Assembly: GCA_001643675.2 (NCBI GenBank)
Contig: LSRY02000008.1
Coordinates: 1 to 64,000, forward strand
From: Monocercomonoides exilis PA203
Lineage: Eukaryota; Protista; Preaxostyla
Direction of reading: 5' to 3'
Length of the DNA stretch: 64,000 bases
Shown here: positions 11,901-23,884 of the stretch, piece after piece
How the letters are laid out: every line of letters starts with the position of its first letter
How positions within the stretch are numbered: position 1 is the stretch's first letter
The notes under the pieces: model-generated
What the model was told of the DNA's origin: nothing
Seen by the model: the letters and a program-made list of their open reading frames with translations, nothing else
Databases searched by the model: none
Program-made: the position numbers and the translations under genes

Positions 11901-13106
11901 ATGGAAAACAATTACGATGCTTTAACAACGAAGAGGGATGATAAAGGAAGAACAGAGGCAATGCGTTGGATCACTGAGAAAAAGACAGATCCTCCAAAAG
12001 CAATAAGACATGATATTACACTTGGCAATAAGAATGGGTCCACAATGGCGATGAAGTGGATTCAAGAAGTCAAAACAGAGCCACCAGAATGGATGAGACA
12101 TGATATCACACTTCGCAACAATTATGGTGCAACAATGGCAATGATATGGATCATAAACGTCAAGACAGCGCCTCCAGAATGGATGAGACATGATATTTCA
12201 CTTGTTGATAATAACGGATTTACAATGGCTATGTATTGGATTGGATTTGTCAATTCAGAGCCACCAAAATTAATGAGACATGATATTACACTAACTCAGA
12301 AGGATGGTTGGACAATGGCTATGTGTTGGATTCAATTTGTTCAAACAGAACCTCCAGAATGGATGAGACATGACATCACACTTTGCAATAATTACGGATC
12401 AACAATGGCCATGCTGTGGATCAAATATGTGAAGACAGAACCGCCAGAGTGGATGAGACACGATATTACACTTGCATATCATAACGGATGGACAATGGCT
12501 ATGTTCTGGATTTATAATGTCAAAACAGAGCCGCCAGAATGGATGAGACATAACATTTCACTAAAAAATAAGAAAGGACGGGCAATGGTTGATCATTGGA
12601 GAAATAACGCTAAGAGTGAACCACCGGAGTGGATGACACACGACAATATACCTGCTGATGAAAATGGAAGAACAGAAGCAATGAGGTGGATTGCGGTGAA
12701 AAAAACAGAACCACCGGGAGTAATAAGACACGAAATAACCTGTTCTGATAATGATGGAAAAACAATGGCAATGCACTGGATAGAAAGAGTGAAAACAGAA
12801 CCGCCAACTTGGATGAGACATGACGCTTATTTGAACGATTGTAATGGATTAACGATGGCTATGAATTGGATTTTTTGGTTGAAATCAGAACCGCCAGAAT
12901 GGATGAGACACAGTATCACACTTTCCGACAAGAATGGCAGAACAATGGCCATGCACTGGATCAAGCAAGTTAAAACAGAACCGCCGAAGTGGATGAGACA
13001 CGACAAAATGCTTTGTAATAAGAGAGGATGGACAATGGCTAAATACTGGGAATTCTTTGTTCAAACTGATCCACCAGAATGGTTGCAGACTGATAACTCC
13101 AAATGA
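11901..13106 (+). CDS. Intronless 30-aa tandem-repeat protein (13 repeats; possibly divergent ankyrin-like)
   Basis: 401-aa ORF, consensus GxTMAMxWIxxVKTEPPEWMRHDITLxNxx; the D/NxxGxT..M turn recalls ankyrin, the EPPEW segment does not. Confidence 0.85.
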   Translation: MENNYDALTTKRDDKGRTEAMRWITEKKTDPPKAIRHDITLGNKNGSTMAMKWIQEVKTEPPEWMRHDITLRNNYGATMAMIWIINVKTAPPEWMRHDISLVDNNGFTMAMYWIGFVNSEPPKLMRHDITLTQKDGWTMAMCWIQFVQTEPPEWMRHDITLCNNYGSTMAMLWIKYVKTEPPEWMRHDITLAYHNGWTMAMFWIYNVKTEPPEWMRHNISLKNKKGRAMVDHWRNNAKSEPPEWMTHDNIPADENGRTEAMRWIAVKKTEPPGVIRHEITCSDNDGKTMAMHWIERVKTEPPTWMRHDAYLNDCNGLTMAMNWIFWLKSEPPEWMRHSITLSDKNGRTMAMHWIKQVKTEPPKWMRHDKMLCNKRGWTMAKYWEFFVQTDPPEWLQTDNSK

Positions 13107-13889
13107 CTGTTTTCTAACTTGAGAAAAGAAATTGTTCACTTCCCTCATTCACACAAACGCATCAACGAGAATCTGTATGAAATCATTTCAACAAACAAAT
13201 TTATTTTTCTTCTTAAAAAAGAGAAGAGATGCTTGCGTTTTAGAAATATTTGTATATTCATTTCGAAATACTTTGATACATATAAACTTATATATATCAG
13301 AAGTTTCTTAATTTTTGTTTCTCCTCTTTAACTGTTATTGAATTTTTTTTTGTTACAATGTTGAAGTGATTGAGTTAAACATTTCGCCCTTTTGTTCTTT
13401 GATTGATATCTTCTGAAACCAACCACTTCTCTTTTTATCCATAATTTCTCACTTCACTCTCACTTCGACTTCTTTTTCCCAAAAACAGCTCAGTTGCTTG
13501 AAATAACTATCTTTGTTCTTTTGTGTTTTCTCTTTGATTGTTTGTTGCTAAATATATTTGATATCAAAAAGTTGGCTGAGCTGTAATCGCCACAATAAAA
13601 TAATATCATTAAAATTCGAAGAAAACTGTATTAACATTTTTTGGGCTTCGATTCTCAAACCTCCACCAAACTCTTTCTTCACAAAATGCGGCAATGAAGA
13701 AAATTTGTATTGAATCTCAAAGAAAGAAACAAGCAAGATTGGTTTCTTTTGATGCAAGCAGCCATTTCTTGAAGTCGTGCGAATGGGAATAGACAGAAAG
13801 TGGAGATAGTTAGTGTAACGCTCTTCATGTTGAATGTAAAAATGCAAATCTCAGAATTTCATTGTGTTAATTTCACAATTGTTTTTGTT

Positions 13890-14717
13890 TAGAAAAAGAG
13901 TTTGGAGGTGGAGTATTATTTTGCAGATATTTGCAAAATATCAATTTCGCAAAATCAAATTTCACGAATTGTTCAGCTGCTCATGGAGGAGCTGCTTATT
14001 TGTATTGCAATCAACCTAATTCTGTTTGGACATTCTCAGAAAACAGAGTGGAAAGTTGCTCAATAACAGATTGGTGTGGAACTGGTTGGTACTTTTCCCT
14101 CTATTACATACCCTCAGATGCTCAATTCCTGTTTTCCAAATGCAAGTGCATCTCAAATTCAGGTGGTGATTCTGCTGGTTCTTCAACATTTTATAATCCT
14201 CCACAAAGTAAACAAAGTCAGTTTTCAATCGTTGAGTGCCAGTTTATAAATAACAAATTGATAAATTCAACAACTCGTGGTTGAGCTGGAATTTTTACGA
14301 AAGTGACATTTCCATGGATGAATGAAATAAGATTCATCACTTTTTGTTTCTTCGATGGAAATACAGCAACAAATGGCAGAGGAAACGATGTGTTTTTCAA
14401 TGGAAGCAGTATCACCCAATCTCCTTTCCAGCAATGTGGTTCAACAACCCTATCGAAAAGAGTGTGGAATAATGGAACAGCTGAAAACGCTGAATATAAT
14501 GGCTGGCTTCCAATCATCAACCAGAGCAAAATTGTTTCCAACAGTGGTGCTGATGTTGATGCTTGCGGTAATCCACAACAAACTCCATGCGCCACCATCG
14601 AGTATGCCCTCAGTGGTTTTGTCCTCCCCCAAGATGCCTCCCTCATCCTCCTCAAATCCACCTTTGCACACATCCTGACACTCACTTTCAGCGCAGCTGT
14701 CACAATAATTTCTGGAA
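13890..14717 (+). pseudogene. Fragment of parallel beta-helix (pectin-lyase-like / Pmp-like) surface-protein gene
   Basis: FTNCSAAHGGAAY, FDGNTATNGRGNDVFF, CGNPQQTPCATIEYAL motifs; in-frame TGA at 14282-14284; similarity stops at ~14717. Confidence 0.65.
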
Positions 14718-15469
14718 AAAATGTATTTTTTCAGGTTCTCAACAAATTCTTTCATTTTCCATATCAGAGAAAATTTAATAAGTTTTCATCTTCTTTTCAA
14801 TTGAAGAATATGTCATCGCTTGTTTTTTCAAAGATCCTTGACTCATCTCGCATTAAAACACTTCCACTTCATTTCTTCTAATTTCTCCTTTTCATCAAAT
14901 GCAAATTCTGCTTTTTGCTTTTTGGAATCTTTTGTTTTTTTTCTTTTCAAAAATAGTTTCTTCAAGCATAGCAACAATCTCTTCAAAAATATCTGTTTCT
15001 TTTGTTTCACTGATTCCAACTTGCCTGTTAGCTGCAGAAGCTCTCATCTCATTGAATTGTCCTTCAAATATTGATTTTCCAATAAATCGCTTTCTCCCTT
15101 TGTTTCATCTTCCGTAACTTATTGAATGCAAACTGCATTGTGAAATTTGAATAAAACCAGTTCTTCAACTGTTTGTTCAAAGAAATCTTTTCCCACCTTG
15201 TTCTTTCTGTTTTCTGTGAATTCTTTCAACTTCCAAATAAATAATTCAGATTCAATTTATATTCTTTATTGTGCACTTTCTGGTTGGCTTTTGTCAATGA
15301 GATATAGAATCATTTCCGTTGATATACAACTTTAGCTGATATTATTTTCTATTCAGAAAAATTAAAGGCATATTTATCCAAACATAGAAAGATTAGATTG
15401 GAAGTCGAATTCGATGAGAACTTAAATGAAATGAAGATGACAATTTCTTTGAAACAAATCGAAGAAGGC

Positions 15470-15630
15470 TTTGAAGAAGAAGAAGAAGAAGAAGAAGAAG
15501 AAGGAGAAGGAGAAGGAGAAGGAGAAGGAGAAGGAGAAAGAGAAGGAGAAGGAGAAGGAGAAAGAGAAGGAGAAGGAGAAGGAGAAAGAGAAGGAGAAGG
15601 AGAAGAAGGTGAAGAAAGTGAAGAAGATGA
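15470..15630 (+). repeat. Purine-rich microsatellite (GAA)n/(GAAGGA)n
   Basis: Directly visible tandem repeats. Confidence 0.85.
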
Positions 15631-18197
15631 TGTGATAAAGAATCGAGAAAGTTTTCAAATGATACTTGTGAAGAAGTTAAGAATGCTTTGTATGATGTTG
15701 TTGGCTGGGAAAAAATATCGTATTTGATAAATTGACTTCAGAAGGAATTGAAAATTGCAACACAAAAATTGAGATGGATAAACTGCAATTCATGAATTAA
15801 GCTGTATATCCACAAGTCATTGGCTGACTTTGAATTGTTGCTCCGACTTTTCATTTTGAAAAGAAAACCCCAATATTTTCAAATTCTTCTTCATCTTCTT
15901 GTTATCACCCAAATCAGAATTCAATCGTTCTCTTTCTTCTTTCCCTTCTTCTCATTTTGCTTTCTTCCTCCTATAATCCTCTTACCAAAGCCATTTCCAT
16001 TCCCTTTCTTTTCCGATTCTCTGGTCGCTTCTCTCACCAAGCACAGCCGCTCTGCAATGGTCTCTTCCAAATATTTTTCATTGAATCATCTGTTCACAAA
16101 AAAGATCCTCAATTACAATGTCAAGCTCAGCGTGGCCGAGGCGCTTCTGATGACATCTCGTTCAATGTCATCATTTTGAAGAAACTTTAATAAATCAACA
16201 CACAAAAAAAATATTGCAAAATCATCACTAATGAAACAAGTGAAATCATGCATTCCATTCACCAACGCTCCTCGACCTCAAAACAGTCCTTTCCGCTTTT
16301 TGAAGTTTATTCAAGCTATTTTTCAACAAATCACGAAGTCAATCATGAGATGAAAAACATCATTCGAAAAGGACAATCAGTGATTTTTCATCCTTCTCTT
16401 CTTCATCAACAATCATCTTTCCAATTTTTCAACTCAGTGAATGATTGACAAAACGACTAATCCTTGTTCCATTCAGCTTTTTGCGACAGTTCATATGCTT
16501 TCACAGCCACACAGAATTTTCCATTGTCGTTTTTCTTTTCTTCATTCGTTATTATTCATTTTCGTTTTGTCAAGCATTTCAGTAATCAAAACAGGCACAA
16601 ATTGCTCTTCTTCTTCCATTTTCTGTTTCTATTCTTTCTCATCCCCGTGCGCCAGCTCATTTATCAATTCATCAAAAAAACAAGCAAAGAGAGACAGAGA
16701 GAAATCATCACAATCATTTCGAATTCGGGGGAATCGATGTTTCCAAACCGATGAGTGCTTTCAATTCGCCCTTCTCCTGCATTTTTGCAAATCCACAGAA
16801 ACACAGAAGCCATCCCCAATTTCCCATTCAAATTCAACAAGAACATCCTTCAAAGGCGGAAACAACAAAAAATAGAAAACACAAAATAGTCATGAAAATA
16901 TATGCATTCACGTCATCAAAGTGAATAATGACATTTTTTGCAAGATATTTCACAGAAAAAACAATGATTTAACTTTTCAAGTTTATTGTTATGGATGTTC
17001 TGATCGAGTTGTTTTCTTTGAATGAAATTAACCATTGAAAAGATGATTGATCTGTAAACGAATATTTTCTGCAGGATAGGCGATATTATTTTGTGCGTTG
17101 GTACGAGACAGCGACGGCGGGGAATTGATGGTGGAATTGGGCGAGATGATTTTTATGAAAAGCATCTTTGAAGGAAATTCATTTTCCAAAATAATGTATG
17201 AAAAGTTTGATGTTTGCGTTTTTTAATAGATCTCGTTCATTTTAAAAGATGCTTCCCTCTGTGGCTTTCTCAGAGTGCAAGAATCTGATAAATTATATAA
17301 ATGGCCATTCATTTGCTTTTATGAGGAGATCATAAGAAGAGAGCTATGCCGAGAGACAATCAGCAGATGTGAATTGCAGATTTTTTGTATTCAGTTGGGA
17401 GAGGGGATGAAAATAAATTCAATTTCAAAGCATTTTGATGAGAGCGAAATGGAATGACAACAATTGGACAGTTATTGGAAAGAATAAAATTCGGAGATAT
17501 ATTTTTCAGGAAAAAAAATGGATGAAAACATAGAAAGAAGGATATTTAAGGAGAAAAAAGGATGATGGAGAAAGGAGCACAGGGAAACAATGAAAAAGGA
17601 AATTGACAACGGAAGTGATTGAACAATCCTCTGCTTTTGCAATAGGGAGGGTGTATGCGTTCTTTTGAGGAATTTTTATAATCAATGCAAAACAAATTTC
17701 TTTATTTTAATCGATCATTTTTCCCCATCACAACCAACAGCATTTTTTGTGTTGAGCATCATTCCCAGAGACGATCTATTTCAAGCAACATTTTTGTTGA
17801 TTATATGGTTTCTTCTTCTCCTCCTCCAATCTCTTCATTGACGAGATTTTTTTAATTTGACTGATGGAAAGAACATCCTCTTCTTATTTGAGAATTTTGT
17901 TGTTTGAATAGCCATCAAATTCTCATGTTGCAACACAAAATAAATCTTCCTTCTCTTGCTGCAGTTGTCTGTTATGAAATTTGAATCTGTTCATTATGCC
18001 TGCATTTTCTTCAAATGAGTCTTGCTCGCCTTTGCCGCCCAGCTCCTCCAAAGAGCATCATCGAACTTATTTCATTCCATTTCTCTTTCAGATGCATTTT
18101 CTTCTTTTTCTTCTTTCGTTCTTTTTTCATATCTGCTACAGCAAGAATTTTTTTGTGAAAGCAGTCGTTGCCTTGCATTCTGATCATTCAGCATAAA

Positions 18198-18200
<3 letters not shown>

Positions 18201-18256
<56 letters not shown>

Positions 18257-18290
18257 ACTTCTTCTTCTCTTTCTTCTTCTTCTTCTTCTC
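18201..18290 (+). repeat. (CAT)n then (CTT)n microsatellite
   Basis: Directly visible. Confidence 0.9.
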
Positions 18291-19657
18291 AAAACTCATC
18301 GCACAAAAGCTCAAAGCTACCAACTGTCCTCAGCTTCTTTCTCCAAAGAATTCTTCTTCCTCCTCATTAAAATCTTCTCCTTCTCCTTCATCTGCCTCTT
18401 CTCGCTCCTCCAGCACCGCCAGCGCAATCGCTGCTGGTGACAGAACCACATCCTCCATCCTCAGCCCCGCAGCATCCAACCCCTTCTCCACAATCTCCCC
18501 CACTTCACACACTGCAACCCCTCGCCCCATTACTTCCTCGTCCAGCTTCACCACCAAATATTTCAGCTGAGAAGATAACGTTTCCAACCACCGAAATGTC
18601 AAACAGTTCGTAATCTTTACGAACGCATTCACATCTTCCACCGAAAAGATCCGATTGTATCACAGCTTCGTTCCCATCGACGCCGCAAGCTACGGAAGCG
18701 GTGCCACCAGCGGAAGTGAAAGAAACGCCTGTCGCAACATAACACAACCCAGCATCATCATTTATGCTCTCAATTACTGCTTCTTTTGATTTGTATACGC
18801 ACCACCTTCTTCACATGCAACAATCCTCAGACGTATCTTCATATATTTCTTTGCTGCCAAATTGTATAACAGCACATCAGATACATCAGAATGGCCAATT
18901 GAAGAAGCAGCGGAAAATGATGAATTCTTGTCAACTGGAACATTCTTTACTTCAGTTCTACTCTTTGAAAATATCGAAGTTCACGACACGCAGCTCTGGA
19001 TGGGGCAGATAAGATAGATGAAGATGAAGAACGAAGGTTACACTGCTGCTTTGCTCCTGAAACAAGAATCGAACAGAAATGCGAGGAAATTTCAAAAGTT
19101 GGATCAATTAGCTTCACTTTGGCATCCACAGCTTATGTATCAGAAAGTTCTAGCGGCTAGGGAAGTTATTTATTTCATTAAAAAGAAATAACAATAAATT
19201 GTTTTTGAAATTTCATTGAACAGATTGGAAGATATCGCAATTTGAATGAAAAATCTATCTCAAAATCTGTTGTTATTGTTTGGAAAATAAAAGAAAGCAA
19301 AGCAAAATGTTTGTATTTGACTCTTCAAATTATACATATTTGTTATTTAGTTGTTTTTTTTTTGGATGTTACAATTTGCAAATAACATCTTTTGTTAGCT
19401 TTCTTTTTTAACTTACAAAATAAACTTTTTTTGTATTTTTCGTCAAACAATTCACCAAAGATCATAAATCAACATTGAAGCTCTTTTTAATGTTATTTTT
19501 TTTTTCATATCTTTGGCATACATTATTTCACAAAATGCTTGGGCAAAAAAACAAAATAAATAATCGGATCAAAAGAATAAAGTCAATAATCAGTCCAAAA
19601 CTCGAAACATAAATTGCCAGTCATCCCAACATCAAACAGAATGTTTCGCAGGAACTG

Positions 19658-22600
19658 TTAAGGACGGATAAACACTGACGAAGAAAGCGGAGCAAGCCCT
19701 GAAGGAGTTTTGTGCTTCAGATAGAGTGAAGAGTCGAAGCTGAAAGGCGGCTGGAGCTCAGAAACATGAGGCGTTGGAAGGGAAGATGGAGGCAGCTGTG
19801 TGGCTGTGGAAGAATTGCTGGCATATTGGCTGCTGAAACCCTGCAATTGAGATAAAGTGGCTGGAGAATGAGAAGGAAGAAGAGAAGAAGAAGGAGAAGA
19901 AGAAGAAGAAAAGAAAGTGTTTGAGGACGAGCTTGCAATTGGACAAGATGAAGATGAAATTGAGGCTGATTGTGAAAGAGAACAGGATTTTGAGGAAGGA
20001 AAACGTGAGTTGGGTGAAATGAGTGACGGAGAATGCTGATAAGAAGAAGAAGAAGAAAATGATGATGAAGGAGAAGAAGAAAAAGAAGTGAATGAAGAAT
20101 TTCGTGAATTCATGTTGCTTGGCGAAGAGTAATGATAACGCAATGAGCCAACTGATGATGATGATGATGATGATGAAAAGGAACGACTTGTATTTTCACT
20201 TGTTTCATGCGAAGACTCCGAAAGAGTCGAGCGAAATGCATCCAGCGTCTGGTAAATTGGCACATTTTGAGAGAAAATGGAAGAAGAAGATGTTTCAATC
20301 AGCTCAAAAAACGAAGGATCTGGTTGCTTCCCACTCGCCCCCAACATCCCCATCGGCTTCTCTGCCACTTGCCAATTGCCATTGAACGCACTTTTTGTTG
20401 CATAATTGTCATATCCATCTTCTTTTTCTCCTTCTTCTCCTTCTTCCTCTTCTTCCATCTCCTCTTCTGCCATCTCCTCTTCTAAAATTGCCTCTGGAAA
20501 GTACTTCTTCAGCAGACAAACAGACCTCTTCTTCACACTTTCATATTTCTCCATCGAAAGCTCAACCAAACTTGCCACTCCGCCTTTGTCTGAAAGCTGC
20601 TCAGCAACTTTGTTTTTTCGCTTTCTCGATTCAACAAACAGCTTCGATTCTTCTCTTTCTTCTCTTTCTTTCTTTTCCACTTCTTCTTTTTTTTCATCTT
20701 CTTCCTCTTCTTCCTCTTCTTCATTATCCTTCTTTTCACACTGCCCCAGCAGCACCCACAGCAGGTCCATTGCCTCGCACACCACACTCCGATACCTCCC
20801 TCTCTTCAGAATCTGCGCGACTGCCTCGACACACCCAGCCTCCACAATCACCCCAGCCGCCTCCTTCCCCAGCAGCCCTACGTTCCTCAGTGCCCTCAGC
20901 GCGTGGCACTGGGCGCTGTGTGTGTCTGCCTGGGCGATGTGGCAGAGGGCGAAGACACACCTCGGCCGGAGGAGGGTGCATGCCTGGGAGGAGGTGCCGG
21001 CGCCGATGTTGCAGGCGAGGAGCGCTGCCTCGTGGCGCAGACAGGACGAGGAGGAGGACAGGTGGGAGACGAAGACGTCGAAGAAAGAGGGCTGCAGCAG
21101 CAGACGCTGGATGTCTTCGTCGCTGCCACACGAGAAGTTCACAAAGAAGCGGAACGCCATCACTCGCAGAACAGACACAGAATCACTTTGGATGAAGGGG
21201 ATGACCATTTCATTTGAAATATCATTCAGATTATTGTTATTAATATTCATAGAATATGTCGATGAAAGTTCATAAATAAATATAAAATAAATAAATAGAA
21301 CAAATAAAGAGAGAAAGAGAAATAAAATAGAAGGATAAGACAAACCTCATCAATTCCACAACCAGCCCAAGGAGCACAGGATCGATGAAGAACTTGTTAT
21401 TGTTCGGATTCTCGTTGATGTTTGCGAGTATTTGCAGACAGCACTCGATGACTGCCTTTTCTGTGGGCAGCTCATCACCCTTCATTCCTTCATTCTCCAT
21501 CTTCTGCTCTCTTCTTCTCATCCTTTCTTCTTCCTCCTCTTCCTCTTTGGCTTTCTCTTCTCTTCTCTTCTTTCGTTCTTCTTCTTCCTCCTCTTCCTCT
21601 TCTTCCTCTTCCTCCTTTTCACCTTCACCTTCTTCCTCTTCTTTATCCATCCTCCCTTTCATCTCATCCTCTCTTCTTTCTCCTGCTTTTCCTGTTTTCT
21701 CTTCATTCTGCCCAAAATTCATTCCATTTTCATTTTCATGTTCATTTTCGCTTTCATTCTCAAACACATTTTCGTCTATCGGCCCAAAAAGAGGACTTTC
21801 TCCTCTTTTTGTGTTGTTTTCTTTGCTTTCTTCAGCATCTTCTTCTTTTCCTTCTTCTTCTCTTTTTCCTTCATCCATTCTCAATTCATCCTCTTCAGCT
21901 TCATTTTCTTCTTCTGTTCGAACACCAAACAGCCCTCCTTCCATATTAATTCCTCCTCTTTCTTCATCCAACTTCATCTTCCCCTTCTTCTTCTCTCCTT
22001 CCTCCTCCTCTTTCTCTTTCTCTTTTCCTTCTCTTCCCTCTCTTCCTCCCTCTTTCCCTCTTCTCCTCAGCATCCCCTTTGCCGCTCTCCTCATCCGCAT
22101 TTCCCTCAGCACTTCCTTCACAAACATGGCGGCGTCGAAGAAGAGCTGGTCAGACTGAGAGGAAAGCGTCAGCGCTGCCAGAAGCTGAAGGAGATGGGAG
22201 GTGGTGGCAGTGACTGGGAAGGGCGAGGAGAAGGGCTGGGTGGAGAGATGGGTGGTGGAGAAGGAGGAAGAGGAAGAAGATGAAGAAGATGAAGAGGAAG
22301 AGGAAGAATATGGAGAAGATGATGAATAAATTGATGAAGCTGTTGAATTGAATGGATTGGTAGATGCAAATTGGATTGGTGATTGTGTTGAAGAAGAAGA
22401 AGAAGAAGAAAACGATGTCTGTGTTTGTGAAAGTGAATGCGGAAGCTCTGATGAAAACTGAAGTGAAGATGAATTTGTGTGAGATGATTGAAAAAGAGAA
22501 GAAGAAGAAGAAGAAGATTGCTTCATCTGTAGCTGCTGAAGCTGTCCTGTCTGCGCCTGCGATGCGAAAGTGATAGGAAATGCGAGCAGATCAGAGGGCT

Positions 22601-23791
22601 GGCCAGAAAACGAGGTGGACGATGCCAGCGATGTCAAAAGCGACTGCTCAACAGTTCCACATCTGGACGGATTCATTGCAGCACACAACTCTTCGCTTGC
22701 ATTCGCTGCCTCACTCAGCTCCCGCATCTTCTGCCTTGTCTCACCCTCAATCACACTCCGCAGATGGACGGAAATATCGCTGTTTTTCAGCCTCTCCGCA
22801 AATTCAACGCCATTTGCTGCGATGTTGAACAACGCAAACAAAGCATGGTTGACAGTTGATGACCTCTTACTGTGGAGATGAAGCAATATTAGTGGGAGCA
22901 CCCCGCTTGATAGAACATCTGCAGTCTGTTCATGAGTTCCAACAAACATATTTGTTACAATCCAAAGTGAATTATTTACGAATTGATAATTTTGTGATGA
23001 AAGAAATCGCATCAGATGAGGCAAAACATTAACTCTAAGCAAATGTTCAATTGGCACAACGTCATCTATCGAAATTTTTTAAAAAATAATGATAATAAAG
23101 TTATTATAGAAATGGAATATATGTATATTAATGCTATATAAAAGTGTTGCATACAGCTTGATGTTAATCGTTTAACAAGCTTTAGATTTTTCAAAATTTC
23201 GGAAGTTTGAGATGATTCAAGTCCTTTAACATATAAAGGCAACATTTGCAACTGATTAGCAGCAAATATTTTCAAATAAGTCGCAAATTTTAAGAAAAAT
23301 CTTTTCAAACCTCTTCTTCCAATTCTCGCGGCAATTCTCCAGGTCCGTCGATTTCAGTTGTTCGTCTACGCTTTAATAAAAATCCTTCCCTCTTTTTATT
23401 TCTAAGGCTAAAAGTTTTCCTGCTGTGAGTCAAATGGTCATACAAATATTTGTTTTCTTTTGAAAAATAATATATCGGAATTAATATAACAAAAATTGAA
23501 AAATTGTTTTAAAATTAAATACCATTTTCAAATTGCTGTTGCCTTTGCCCTGAACGGACACTGGCACTCCAGACTTGCATCAAAACCAAAGCAAAACTTA
23601 AAACTATGATCAATATTTAGCCTTAATTATTAAAAATAATTGGCACTTAAAAAAAAAATCTCAAATAAATGAAAAACTTATTATTATTTTTTTTTGGAAT
23701 AAATAGCAACCTCTGCAAAAACGTCAATATCATTTTGTATTTCATCATTTTCAACTTCATGAAAAATCATGGAATAGTTATTTGAATCCAT
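19658..23791 (-). CDS. Importin-alpha (karyopherin alpha)-like ARM-repeat protein, multi-exon, with large low-complexity insertions
   Basis: IBB-like FSLRNKKREGFLLKRR at ~23365-23415; ARM repeats (NSLWIVTNMFVGTHEQT, HALFALFNIAANG, EAALLACNIGAGTSSQA); candidate ATG at 23791; stop at 19658. Confidence 0.85.
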
Positions 23792-23884
23792 TATTTATTT
23801 ATCAAAAAAGGAAAAGATATTTTTTTCTTTTAACAGATAAATAATTCAAATTCAATTTAAATTTTAAATCTGTTTAAACATTAA

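Larger units (their letters stand above)
11710..14717 (+). repeat. Left copy of ~3-kb inverted segmental duplication (partner 42574-45844)
   Basis: Upstream region, repeat gene, intergenic spacer and beta-helix gene fragment all align in reverse complement to 42574-45844. Confidence 0.92.

Noticed and set aside
11901-13106. 90-bp periodic repeats as a CRISPR-like array
   Set aside because: The repeats form an open reading frame with codon-level variation, not repeat-spacer units; eukaryotic context with no cas genes
14720-19200. Fragmentary ORFs with some coding-like composition
   Set aside because: Probably decayed genes, but no family could be recognised and frames are broken
20092-22881. 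Long plus-strand ORFs over importin-alpha
   Set aside because: Antisense to low-complexity or GC-richer coding sequence
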